In this document: positions 29,868-42,539 of the stretch, piece by piece
How the letters are laid out: every line of letters starts with the position of its first letter
How positions within the stretch are numbered: position 1 is the first letter of the stretch
From: Eledone cirrhosa
Taxonomy: Eukaryota
DNA: 64,000 bases
Direction: 5' to 3'
NCBI GenBank assembly: GCA_964016885.1
Contig: OZ024757.1
Span: 4,216,001 to 4,280,000, forward strand
The notes under the pieces: model-generated
The model's input: only the letters and a program-made list of their open reading frames with translations
The model's database searches: none
Told to the model about the DNA's origin: nothing
Position numbers and translations under genes: made by a program

Positions 29868-30312
29868 TGCATTTATCTTGCTTTATGTTCATACGAGTTA
29901 TCACCAAGTCACAACCAGTGACCTCAAGAGACAACAAGGTCCGCCATGTTCAAGAAAGAACATACATATTCACACATGCATCCTTAGTGTTTAGACTTGT
30001 GATGTACTTATATTGACAGGATCTTCCTTAGTATATGGGCAGTTCCCATTAGTACTATCTTTTGTATTTCTCCTATACGCGGGTTTCCTGGGATTTGCGA
30101 TAAGTAGTCGTTAGACCCCTTAGGTATCATTCCCAGGGCGCCTACAACCACTGGTATTGTTTTAGTTCTCAATTTCCACATTTTTCCAATTTCTATCTCC
30201 AGGTCCTTATACTTGCTCAATTTTTCAAATGTTTTTATAGATACATTCTTGTCTATTGGAACAGACATATCAATTAGCAGGCATACCCTCCTTTGAAAGT
30301 CCTTCAATATTA
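29868..30312 (-). mobile_element. R4/Dong family B short 3' fragment
   Basis: ORF 30008-30307 (RLE C-terminus) plus 3' UTR, between (ATT)n tracts. Confidence 0.92.
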
Positions 30313-30314
30313 TA

Positions 30315-30345
<31 letters not shown>

Positions 30346-30361
30346 TATTATTATTGTTATT

Positions 30362-33300
30362 GTTATTCCTTGAATCTCAGTCATTGATGTTGGTTAACTG
30401 GAAAGTCCGTTGGATTGAATATCAAGCCACTACCTGCAGCCTCAGATATTCAGGACGTATCGGAGGGTTCTTGCCGTTCCAAGCAAGCATGCCTTTTGAA
30501 GCGTTCCAAAAAGCGTGAAGGGGCCGATTTTCTTTAACCATCCCTGGAAACCTTTGGAGATAGTCCCCAGTGCGCCTATGACAATCGGGATCACTTTGAC
30601 TTCATGGCAGTTCCAAATCCTTTTCACCTCCCACTTTAGGTCCTGGTATCGGTTAATTTTCTCCCTCTCCTTCTCTTGCACTCTCGTGTCGAACGGGCAG
30701 GCCACATCCACAATCAGGCACGATCTTTTTTCTTTGTCCACAACCACCAGGTCAGGTCTATTGTGTTCCAGTATTTTGTCCGTCTGTATCCTAAAATCCC
30801 ACAGCACCTTCACCTGACTGTTCTCTATCACCGCCTCTGGCCTATGCTCATACCATTTCTCAGAATGTGGTAGATTGTTTACTTTGCACAGGTGCCAGTG
30901 GATCACCCTGCCCATCACATCGTGTCTCCAGCCCTTATAGTGGGTCTGGGCTAGGTGTTTACACTCGGACACAATGTGAGCCACAGTCTCCTCTCTCTCT
31001 CCACAGATCCTGCACAGTGGGCTAGCCTCCTCCTTGTAGATATGGTGCTTCAACCACTTCGTTTTGAGGGCCTGCTCCTGCGCAGCCATTAGCATTCCTT
31101 CTGTAGCCTTTTTGAGGTCTCCTCTTCTCAACCAGTTCCATGTCTGTGGATCTCTAAATTCAGTTTTCTCAAAGAAGGTACTATGAAGGGATTTTCCCTT
31201 AAGGCTGCTCTTCCTCCTTGATGTTATTTCCTCCTTGGGTATCCCCTGGCCTACTGTCCCCTCCTTCAGTACAGCTCTGAGCATTGGCTCCTTACTATAG
31301 GTCACGTATTTGTATAGGTTGTTTTTCTCCATCTGAACACAGTCCTCTATGCTGATAAGACCTCTTCCACCCTCAGATCTCCTTAGGTAGAGTCTATCGA
31401 CATCACTCCTCTTGTGGAACATGTTGTAGATAGTCAATAGCTTCCTAGTCTTCCTATCCATTTCTTTTTGTTCAGCAACATTCCATCTCAGAATTCCCGC
31501 ACTGTACCTAATAATAGACACAGCTCGGGAATTTACTGCGCTTATGGCATTTCTGCTGTTCAGATGTGACTTCAATACGCTCCTTACTCTCCGAATGTAT
31601 TCAGTTCTTAATAATTCCTTCATTTTTTTGTTCTTTATGCCATCAGCCTCCAGAACGCCCAAATACTTGTATCCTTCCTCAGAGTCAATTTCCTTTATCA
31701 TCTCACCTGTTGGTATCTGGATCCCGTTACTTCTGCTCAACCTACCCCTCCTCATCACAATGACTCCACATTTACCAATACCAAACTGCATACATATATC
31801 ACTGCTGAAAATACGGACAGTGTCAACAAGCACATCCAACTCCTTCTCACTTTTCCCGAAGAGCTTAAGATCGTCCATGAAGAGGAGGTGATTGATGGTA
31901 AGCTCTCCCCTTCCCAACTTGTATCCTGCTCTCACTTTTCGCAGCATAATGGTCAAGGGCATCAGGGCAAGGACAAACAACAGCGGGGACAGGCTATCTC
32001 CCTGGAAGATACCTCTCTTGATCTTCACGCTTCCCAAGGATACTCCAGTTGATGTCAACTCTGTCTCCCAGGACCCCATACTCCTGCCCAGCAACTGTCT
32101 GATGTTATCTGCCACCCTGAAGATCTCCAGGCTTTTGGTGATCCAGGAATGAGGCACCATGTCAAATGCCTTTCTGTAGTCTATCCATCCCATGGCAAGA
32201 TCAGTGTGTCTCCTCCTGCAATTCCCCATTACCATCTTATCAATAAGCAACTGGTCCTTTGTACCACGTGACTTCTTTCGGCATCCTTTCTGTTCGTCCG
32301 GCAACAAGTTGTTTGTGTGGAGGTGATGGTAGATTTCCTCAGACACAATGCTCGTCAACAGTTTCCACATTACGGGCAGACATGTGATAGGTCTATAGTT
32401 GGTAACATCATTACCCTTGATTCGGTCTTTCATTATCAGAACTGTGGTACCTTTTGTCAACCACTCTGGCACCTCACCCGACACCAAGCAGTCATTGAAC
32501 ATGGCCGTCAGCTTCGGGTGGAGGGATGTTAAATGTTTAATCCAATACCCCTGCACACCATCTGGGCCTGGTGATTTCCAGTTGGTTAGTTTTTTGGCTT
32601 GCCCCTTAAGAGTTTCAACTGTGATACTCAAATCAGTCTGTTGCTGTGCCTGCTCACCGATCTCCCTCTGTACTGTCTCAATCCACCCTGCCTGGGCATT
32701 GTGTCTAACATCCTGCTCCCATATTCCTCTCCAGAATGTTTTAGCTTGTTCCGCCCCAGGGATCAAGTCGTTGCCTCTTTCTTTCCCCTCAAGCTGTCCA
32801 AACAGCATCTTCTGGTTGTTGTCGAACATGCGGTTCTGTTTATACTGACTGACTCTGTTCTCGTATCGCCTGATTTTGGCACTCTTTGCTACAATGCGTT
32901 GCTTCAATTCCTCTATGATAATATTTAGCTTTTTACTCCTAGTTTTGTATTTTATTTCCAGTCTATTTTTAGTGCCTATGTTTTTTAGTGTCCCATTCAG
33001 TAGTGACTCAAGCTTTCCTATGTCATTTCTCATTTCCCCGATTTGCCCACTCAGTCGCTTCTTCCACCACGGCTCTGCTCTTTCTTGTCTGTTGTTTCCT
33101 CTCGCTTTTATACCAAGTAGTTTCCTCACCGTATTTGCTGTTGCTTTGAGGATATTGTTGCACTGGTGAAGACTCCTCGCCTCAAGGTATGGGATGACTT
33201 TGTTTACCTTAGCTGTTGTTTCTTTTAACTTTTTCCTGTCTACAAATCTTAGGTTCATAGGTCTCCCACTATCATTGTTCAACTCATCTACCACTAAATT

Positions 33301-34901
33301 TAGGATGTCAACCGAATCTTGTCCTAGCCCGTCAGCATTCATCTCCTCAGTGGCCGTATCTCTGTTCCAGGTATTATTTATCTCAGTATTCAGATCATTG
33401 TCTGCTTCGGGTGGTTCCTCCGTTCTCAGGACCTCCTCACCTTCATTTCCCGCCGGCTCGCTTGTCTGGCATACTACACCCGCCATCTCCAAGCCATTCT
33501 CTCTGCTCAGTTCCTCCAGTTCCAGCTCGCTTATCCACCCATTAGTTCTTATTACCCGAGCCTGCCCGGCCAATTTTTGTTCATCTAATTTAAATAAACC
33601 AATCTCGTTCCAGATGTTATGCATCCGTCTCCTGTAGCCCCTCTCCTTGGGGTTACTTTTCAGGTAGCATTGCATAACAGTTCTATTCAATTCTTTCGTC
33701 CAGTTGGTTCTGGCCCCTTTCCTTCTTCTTCTTCCTCCAACATCAGCAGTATTTGGTTGACAGTCAGGTTCCTGCTGCTGAGCCAGGGGGCACCTGTTGG
33801 GTGAGAGTCTGTCACATGACGTTCTAGTCTCCATTTCACCGTTATTCGAACTGTTTATGTTCGATATTTAAACACTCTTATCGAGGATTGGCGAATGTAT
33901 GTTTACATAGTCATCTGTGGATCCGCCATCCCACTTGGCCCTTGTGTGGCATTATCACCACGCTGTATACGGACACACATAAACAAACAAACACACGGAT
34001 GGAAAGGGCCCCAAAAATGAATAAGCATAAGTTTCATTGTAATGTAGTATTCGAATGTCTGACTTAGTTTTTGTTTTTTAAGTTTTACTTTTTCCCCCCT
34101 CTTCTCTGTCCGTCCGCCTGCTTCTCTCTTCATTCTTATTTTCTTTACGTTTTTGGGGTTTCTTTTTTTGTTTTTGTTTTTCTCTGTTTTTCTCGTTTTT
34201 TACTGTTGTTGCTGTGCTGCTTTTGTTGTTTGTTTTTTCTTTTTTCTTTTGAGTCTATCTATATATTTTGATGCCTTCCTCTCTGTTAGTAGTAGGAATT
34301 CTATAATGTGGAAGTGGTAGCCAGCAGAGACTGGCGGCGTTGGCGATACTGAGACAGTGGTGGTGGTGATGTCGATACCGAGGCAGTGGTGGCGGTGATG
34401 CGACCGTATTACTGTAGTGATGGTGCTGTAGCGGTGGCAGCAGCAGTGAAGGAGTCAAGGGGTGGTGGCGGCGGTGATGGGATAGTGGTGGTAATGATGG
34501 CCGTAGTGAGCGGTGGCGGTGAAGGTGAAAATGCTGTTGTGTTTAGTGTACACAGATGATGGGGTGGGTGGGTGGTGTATCTAGTTTCTGGTGTTGGTGA
34601 GTTTCGCTGTCCTATATAGTGTAGCCAGAGGAGAGGAGGGGGGGGGTTCTTCTTCTTCCATTTATAGCCATTTTATTTTTTTTTTTTGGATATACAGTGT
34701 ACAATACAAAGTTGAATATTTGAATATTTGAGCCTTATAACAATATATTTTGGGTCCGAATTTTTTTGGGGCTCAAGCCGGGTGCTTTACGTAGCATTTG
34801 TACTAAGAGTTGTTATTTCACAAATGATTTAAATATGTTAAAAATTCAAAACTTACGGGAGCGATTTCATGACCTCCGTCACCTCGTGCGTCTTCTTCCC
34901 T
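30362..34901 (-). mobile_element. Full-length R4/Dong-clade non-LTR retrotransposon (family A) inserted in (TAA)n
   Basis: ~1.07 kb leader, single intact ORF, ~80 nt 3' UTR, and (ATT)n at both ends (30313-30361, 34903-34950). Dong elements are known to target TAA repeats. Confidence 0.95.
30442..33834 (-). CDS. R4/Dong polyprotein, 1130 aa: N-terminal domain, reverse transcriptase, CCHC knuckle, PD-(D/E)xK restriction-like endonuclease
   Basis: KSPGPDG, NYRPITC, WIDYRKAFD, QGDSLSP, FMDDLK, YKYLG, CRICGEREETVAHIVSEC, RHD, RPDLVVVD..VDVACP, EKINRYQDL. Confidence 0.97.
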   Translation of the reverse strand: METRTSCDRLSPNRCPLAQQQEPDCQPNTADVGGRRRRKGARTNWTKELNRTVMQCYLKSNPKERGYRRRMHNIWNEIGLFKLDEQKLAGQARVIRTNGWISELELEELSRENGLEMAGVVCQTSEPAGNEGEEVLRTEEPPEADNDLNTEINNTWNRDTATEEMNADGLGQDSVDILNLVVDELNNDSGRPMNLRFVDRKKLKETTAKVNKVIPYLEARSLHQCNNILKATANTVRKLLGIKARGNNRQERAEPWWKKRLSGQIGEMRNDIGKLESLLNGTLKNIGTKNRLEIKYKTRSKKLNIIIEELKQRIVAKSAKIRRYENRVSQYKQNRMFDNNQKMLFGQLEGKERGNDLIPGAEQAKTFWRGIWEQDVRHNAQAGWIETVQREIGEQAQQQTDLSITVETLKGQAKKLTNWKSPGPDGVQGYWIKHLTSLHPKLTAMFNDCLVSGEVPEWLTKGTTVLIMKDRIKGNDVTNYRPITCLPVMWKLLTSIVSEEIYHHLHTNNLLPDEQKGCRKKSRGTKDQLLIDKMVMGNCRRRHTDLAMGWIDYRKAFDMVPHSWITKSLEIFRVADNIRQLLGRSMGSWETELTSTGVSLGSVKIKRGIFQGDSLSPLLFVLALMPLTIMLRKVRAGYKLGRGELTINHLLFMDDLKLFGKSEKELDVLVDTVRIFSSDICMQFGIGKCGVIVMRRGRLSRSNGIQIPTGEMIKEIDSEEGYKYLGVLEADGIKNKKMKELLRTEYIRRVRSVLKSHLNSRNAISAVNSRAVSIIRYSAGILRWNVAEQKEMDRKTRKLLTIYNMFHKRSDVDRLYLRRSEGGRGLISIEDCVQMEKNNLYKYVTYSKEPMLRAVLKEGTVGQGIPKEEITSRRKSSLKGKSLHSTFFEKTEFRDPQTWNWLRRGDLKKATEGMLMAAQEQALKTKWLKHHIYKEEASPLCRICGEREETVAHIVSECKHLAQTHYKGWRHDVMGRVIHWHLCKVNNLPHSEKWYEHRPEAVIENSQVKVLWDFRIQTDKILEHNRPDLVVVDKEKRSCLIVDVACPFDTRVQEKEREKINRYQDLKWEVKRIWNCHEVKVIPIVIGALGTISKGFQGWLKKIGPFTLFGTLQKACLLGTARTLRYVLNI

Positions 34902-34904
34902 TTA

Positions 34905-34949
<45 letters not shown>

Positions 34950-34950
<1 letters not shown>

Positions 34951-36738
34951 GTTCTTTGAGTCTCAGTCATTGATGTTATTTAACTTGAAAGTTTGTTGAA
35001 ATGAATATCAAGCCACTACCTGCAGCCCCAGATATTCAGGACGTATCGGAGGGTTCTTTCTGCTCCCAGCAAGCATGCCTTTTGAAGTGTTCCAAAAAGC
35101 GGAGCGCGACTAATTTTCTTTTACCATCCTTGGAAACTCTTTGAAATAGTATCTAGAGCGCCTATGACAATCGGGACCACTTTGACTTCATAGCAGTACC
35201 AAACCCTTTTTACCTCCCACTTTAATTCCTGGTATCGGTTAAATTTCTCCCTCTCCTTCTCTTACACTCTCGTGTCGAATGGCCAGGCTACATCCACAAT
35301 CAGACACGATCTTTTTCCCTTGTCCAAAACCATCAGGTCAGGTCTATTGTGTTCCAGTTTCTTGTCCGTCTGTATCCTAAAATCCCACAGCACCTTCACA
35401 TGATCGTTTTCTATCACCGACTCTGCCTTATGCTCATACCACTTCTCAGAATGTGGTAAATTGTTTACTTTGCATAGGTGCCAGTGGATCACTCTGCCCA
35501 TCACATCATGCCTCCAGCCTTTATAGTGAGTCTGGGCTAGGTGTTTACACTCGGATACAATGTGAGCCACAGTCTCCTCTCTCTCTCCACAGATCCTCCA
35601 CAGTGGGATAGCCTCCTCCTTGTAAATATGGTGTTTCAGCCACTTCGTTTTGGGGGCCTGCTCTTGCACAGCCATTAGCATTCCTTCTGTAGCCTTTTTA
35701 AGGTCTCCTCTTTTCAACCAGTTCCATGTCTGTGGATCTCTAAATTCAGTTTTCTCAAGAAGGCACTATGAAGGGATTTTTCATGAATGTTGCTCTTCCT
35801 CCTTGGACTTCCCCTGGTCTATTGTCTTCTCCTTCAGTACAATTCTGAGCATTGAATCCCTACTATCAGTCACATATTTGTGTAGGTTGTTTTTCTCCAT
35901 CTGAACACAATTCTCTATGCTGATAAGACCTCTTCCACCTTCAGATCTCCTTAAGTAGAGTCTATCGACATCACTCCTTTTGTGGAACATGTTGTAGATA
36001 GTCAATAGCTTCCTAGTCTTCCTATCCATTTCTTTTTGTTCAGCAACATTCCATCTCAGAATTCCCGCACTGTACCTAATAATAGACACAGCATGGGAAT
36101 TTACTGCACTTATGGCATTCCTACTGTTCAGGTGTGACTTTAGTACGCTCCTTACTCTCCGAATGTATTCAGATCTTATCAATTCCTTCGTTTTTTTGTT
36201 CTTGATGTCATCAGCCTCCATAACACCTAAATATTTGTATCCCTCTTCAGCATCAATTTCCTTTATCATATCACCTGTTGGTACCTGGATTCCGTAGCTT
36301 CTGCTCAATTTACCCCCTCTTCATCACAACGACTCCACACTTACTAATACCAAATTGCATACATATATCATTGCAGAAAATACGGACAGTGTCAACAAGC
36401 ACATCCAACTCCTTCTCACTCTTCCCGAAGAGCTTAAGATCGTCCATGAAGAGGAGGTGATTGATGGTAATCTCTCTCTTTCCCAACTTGTATCCTGCTC
36501 TCACGTTTCGCAGTATAATGGCCAGAGGGATCAGGGCAAGGATAAACAACAGAGGGGACAGACTATCTCCCTGGAAGATACCTCCCTTGATCTTCATGCC
36601 TCCCAAGGATTCTCCAGCTGATGTTAACTCTGTTTTCCAGGACTTCATACTTTTGCTCAACTACTGTCTGATGTTATCTGCCACATTGAAGATCTCTAGG
36701 CCTTTGCTGATCCAAGAATGAGGCACCATGTCAAATGC
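34950..36738 (-). mobile_element. R4/Dong family A' 5'-truncated copy, frameshifted
   Basis: ORFs 36310-36660, 35781-36308 and 35262-35717 match the family A RT/RLE. (ATT)n on both sides. Confidence 0.92.
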
Positions 36739-36791
<53 letters not shown>

Positions 36792-36792
<1 letters not shown>

Positions 36793-36995
36793 GGGCGATG
36801 GATTGACAGTAATGGTAGTGCGTCGGACACCATGCTGTGCGGCATAGAGTTACGTTCCTTTACGTTCTGATTTTTAGTTTTTCCTTTCATCATTACGGGT
36901 TCTATAAAATAAAGTACCAGTAATACACTGGGGTCGATTTAATCGACTTTCCCCTCCCCAAAATTGTGACCTTGTGTCTAAATCAGAAATCATTA
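36792..36995 (+). mobile_element. Older diverged copy of the tRNA-derived SINE
   Basis: ggcatagagttacg..tttcatcattacgggttctataaaataaagtaccagtaatacactggg..ccttgtgtctaaatcagaaa resembles 15886-16080. Confidence 0.75.
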
Positions 36996-37039
36996 CTTTA
37001 AAATGTTGAATAGTAGATGCGTGTGTATCTCACTGATAA

Positions 37040-37272
37040 AATGACAAGTCAGTCAATCATGTTGGTGCCCCCCTCCCCGCCCCACACACACAGCCCCGGC
37101 GGACAGAATGGAGAAGGCGTTTCCCCGGAGGTCGGCAAGGGAGACGCGCTGGAAAAGCCATTCCAGTTCGCGAGGCTCACAACTGCGGTTGGCCAGCTCA
37201 GCGCCTATGGTGGTGAATAGGGAGGTAGCTCTAGGGCCGAAGACACCAGTAGTCTCCACTGCCAAGGGTACA
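37040..37272 (-). mobile_element. CRE-clade non-LTR retrotransposon 3' fragment
   Basis: Peptide AVETTGVFGPRA..EPRELEWLFQRVSLADLRGNA matches the C-terminal signature (VET.G..G...QR.S....RGNA) of CRE RLE proteins. Confidence 0.7.
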
Positions 37273-37724
37273 ACCGAAAAATGTATACAACCGAAAAATG
37301 TATACTTAAATATATCATTAGAAATTTACAGTCTTCACAAACACAAAAAACTCGTTGCATCGTGCGTAAATCATGTTCGAATGTTTTTATCGTCTGCTGT
37401 TTGTGGAGAACTTTGATCATCTAGATTTAGTGAAAAGATTAATTAAACAGAAATTTGTATGAGAATTACTGGAGCAAAGCTTAGCAGGCAGTAGAGAGTT
37501 TAGTTAAGTTGAAACAATACTGTAACAGAGTTATTTTTCCATTTTGTTGTTGTTGTCTGGTATAAAATATGGTTAAAACCATATCTTCTTTGTCATAATA
37601 TTGACTGAGATTCTCAGAGACTTTCATCGGTTTAGTTCTATATATAATATTCAGTGGAGAGAATAAGGAGAATGGCGTAAATCGTTTGTTTGTTGTCAGA
37701 TATGGATTCATAGAGACAGCAGTC

Positions 37725-37764
<40 letters not shown>

Positions 37765-38039
37765 GTGTATATATATGTGTCTGTGTGTGTGTGTGTGTGT
37801 GTGTGTATATTGCCTGTGTGTGTGTGTACACATGTGTATATATATATATGTAAATATATATATATATATATCGTTTCTGAATTTGTTTAGCAAGATTCTT
37901 TATCTGAAAACGTGTGTTGAAACCGATATTTTTATACTATGGGAGGGTCATGTTTCCAATAAGAAACACACGCACCAGATGCTTTCACTCCAATTTATTG
38001 TAAATAAAATTTTTTTTTTTTGTTTAAAAAAAAATGTTT

Positions 38040-38575
38040 TCAAAAATATTTATAAATTTCCGGTTGGTTGGTTGATTCCACAACCGGACGGTTGTTCATA
38101 TCTTGTCAAAGTTCTTTCGTCGAACATTCTGTGACCTCTTCAGTGACTGGGGATTCTCTTCTTTGTTTTGTGCCTCTCCTTTGTTCTGTCCTTCGCTATC
38201 TTGTTTTTGTGTGTGTTGTGTGCTTAGTTTGCGCATGTGTTACATCCGGGTGTCTGTGTGTGTTTTTATTTGTTTATTTATTTGTTTATTTACATGTTTC
38301 TGGTTGGTTGTTTCTTCTATGTGCGTGTGTTTTCATTTTGTCCTTAATTGTAAGTTGTCATGTTGCTATTCTATTCATGTTTTCTATTTAATTTTGGTTG
38401 GAGTTCATTTATGTTTATTGCCTCTGTGATTTGTCTAAACATTGCATCTTTTCTGTGTGTAGAATTTATTTTTATTCCTATGTTCTCTAATTTGCCCTTA
38501 TGTTCTATTTTAGCATGTTGGTGGAGTACAGATGATTCTTTACTATCTTGAACCTCTCGCCAGTGTTCATTTAAT
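38040..38575 (-). mobile_element. Penelope-like element 3' fragment (GIY-YIG C-terminus + hammerhead-bearing 3' end)
   Basis: Manual minus-strand translation of ~38380-38572 gives NEHWREVQDSKESSVLHQHAKIEH..FRQITEAININELQPKLNRK (EH..H, catalytic E, PxLN). Hammerhead downstream. Confidence 0.75.
38105..38147 (-). ncRNA. Type I minimal hammerhead ribozyme motif
   Basis: Minus strand: gtca-CTGAAGA-gGTC-acagaatgttc-GAC-GAAA-GAAC-TT-tgac. Stem I gtca/tgac, 2-bp stem III. Confidence 0.6.
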
Positions 38576-38579
38576 TATT

Positions 38580-40040
38580 ATTTTATATCGACAAGTAAAA
38601 TAAAGGAAATTGCTAGAATAATTTATAAACGTAGAAAAACATATGACGTCATAGTTTGTTTAAAAAATCTACGAAGGTTTAAACGAAAATTTAAGGCAAA
38701 AGTGAAAGAGGTTAAACTCTTAAATTATGCTGGGAAAAATGAATTAATACTTTGTAGAATATTATGAAATATGTGTGAAAAAAATGTGTGAAGAAAATAT
38801 ATGTGTAAAAAAATATATGAGTAAAAAAAATATATATGTGTAAAAGATTAACCGTTATTCATGGAATATGTTAAAGGACATTAGCTATACACTTTGTGGA
38901 AGGTCTTGAAGAACTTATGATTACAGAGAGCAAATAAATCCGTACGCCTATTTATTATAGAGTTGAAATTCGAGATAATGGTAAATTTTTCAGCTAGACA
39001 TAAATTACAAACCCTAGATATGGAAGCATTGGAGTATGGATAATCGTTGCAGATTTTACGCCAAGAAATTTCGTAATTAATGTTTTTGTCTTTTAAGGAC
39101 CAAATAAGTTCTGAGAGTGCGGTGTTGGTCCTTTTAAGTGGATATTTAAATGTAGAGGAATGATTATAGAGTCTTGCTTCAAAAGAAGCGGAAGTAGAGC
39201 CAATGTAGGTATAGGTATTGGTACTAGTTACCACTTTACATTCGTATATTAGGTTTTTATCGAGACAGAAATTACTAAGAGGACAATTAGTTCTAATAGG
39301 GCAGTTGCATTTACGATTAAGATTATTAACAGCGTTATTTGCAAGTGGCGCAGGATTAATTATATTAATTATATTGGAGTGATGGAATTAGCTAAAGGAG
39401 GTGCTAAAGTTACCAGATTTGCATTACTATTTGAAGCATTACTCAAAGTTAGATTTGACGTCGTATTTATACTAGTGTTATTTTGCCTAGAGTTTACATT
39501 GACGTCGGGCCTTATAAAGTTATTATTATAACTCTCATGGTTATTTTTTAATATTTTAGAATATTTTTGAATTATGTCTTGAGATAATTTTAGAAATGTT
39601 GGAGGTAGTGGAATATGAGGATTTAATGGTATGCTTATTGAAGATCTTACTATATATATGTGAAGGGGGGAAGCTGTTATCTAAAGCCCTAAAACATAAT
39701 TTAGGGAAAGAGAGAAGGGAGCATTGTACCAAAGGATATTTTTATATCTAGGTCTCCTCCTTTTGTTAGTGGTATGATTATTACTAGCTAGATTACTATA
39801 AGTTCTGCCAAGATTAGTTTCCTTAGTGTATATAATGTTGTCTGGATATCCAGCCCTAGATATTGCATTATTATAATAGTTGGCATTAGCTTCGAAGATA
39901 TTTTTATTAGAGGATAAATTAGAAATTCTTTTTTCAACACTTCTGACTATAGCAGTTTTAACATTATTAGGGTGGTTAGATTTAAAGTTAACATAATTAA
40001 GGTTCTCATTATCCTTATGATATGGGTAATATAGGCCTAT
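38580..40040 (-). mobile_element. Penelope-like element, 5'-truncated (RT thumb + GIY-YIG endonuclease), Hydra-clade-like, frameshifted
   Basis: Manual translation: YYPYHK..YVNFKSNHP..RISNLSS..YYNNAISRAGY (~39845-40035) and CNCPIRTNCPLSNFCLDKNLIYEC (~39240-39310). ORF 38881-39234 has YIGST..R..NH, CNLCLAEK and INRR..LCNH. Confidence 0.85.
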
Positions 40041-40686
40041 ATTACCGGCCTATATTACCCATAATATAGGCCGGTATATTATATATATATACCCAATATA
40101 GGCCGGTATCGATACCGGCCTATATTACTACGTGTTTTTCTTAAATTTATATTGAAAATGTAAACACAATATCCTTCGTAGCCCTTAAATTATATAATAA
40201 TATTTGAATTATTTATCATTTGAAAATAACAACATATATAATCACCAATAATATTCATATTTTTATTTATTTATATAAATATTTATATAAATGACCTGTT
40301 GTAATATAATAAGCTAAAGTGTACCTACAACATTAATTCTTCATGAAATCTAATTATGATGATTATCTATATAATATGATAACTCATGATTTGGTTATAT
40401 ATTTTAAGTTTCTACTACTTCAACACATTTTTAATTTTTAAATTTACTTACACCCAAATATTAGTATTAGCCTCTCTTTCTTCTTCCTTTATAAAGTATC
40501 CTAATAATTATTTAAATTTACCTAGCGTCTAAATATAACAATTTTTTCAGTCTACGCCTCTATTTCATTTGCATATCCATCCTAAAGATTTGAAATTTTT
40601 CTCTTTTTCTTTCATTATCCAAATGGAACCTGAACCGCTAAGGTCTGGTTTATCGGGTATGTCACTATTTATAAACGAAATTTTGT

Positions 40687-40747
40687 ATTTTATCTGATGA
40701 GAGCGTACCAAGGTTTTTTGGTACCCTTGAAATATATATAATAAAAT
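40687..40747 (+). ncRNA. Type I hammerhead ribozyme motif
   Basis: attttat-CTGATGA-gagcGTACCAA-ggtttt-TTGGTACcctt-GAAA-tatatata-ataaaat: 7-bp stem I, long stem II, palindromic AU stem III. Confidence 0.78.
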
Positions 40748-40861
40748 AAATATGGGTTTATAAATATGGTTTCCATATTATACTCCAGGAAACTTGTCGA
40801 GTGCTTCGATTCTGTATAAATAAATTTGTTGAATTACCAACACATTAAATATCTCTTTGCT

Positions 40862-41357
<496 letters not shown>

Positions 41358-41454
41358 TTCAAAAGATGGTTAAAAAAGTTCCATGTATTTTACTATGTGC
41401 ATTTCAAAAAAATTATCATCATGCAATAACATTTGAGTTTTTGGAGTAGATATA

Positions 41455-42285
<831 letters not shown>

Positions 42286-42496
42286 TAAGTATGTACACGT
42301 ACATACATATATGTATACAGACGTACAGTAGTATGTATATATATATATATATACATACATGCACACATATATATATGTACGTATGGATTCACCGAACATT
42401 TATTATAATACTCGGTGTGTTTGTAAACAAACATCCCGTATTAAGCGGTAGTGTCCAGCAACCATCGTTGCTCGTTTGTTCAACACTTAAAAAGGA

Positions 42497-42539
42497 ACGC
42501 TGTACTAGTTTCAAGCTTATTAGCTATCGTCAGCAACGT
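42497..42539 (-). ncRNA. Type I minimal hammerhead ribozyme motif
   Basis: Minus strand: acgttg-CTGACGA-t-AGCT-aata-AGCT-t-GAAA-CTAG-TA-cagcgt. Confidence 0.7.

Noticed and set aside
17992-33804. Numerous + strand ORFs overlapping the R4/Dong elements
   Set aside because: Antisense shadows. They recur only because the elements are duplicated.
37600-37660. Minus-strand CTGAATA...GAAA hammerhead-like spacing
   Set aside because: G8 is missing and stems I and II do not pair.
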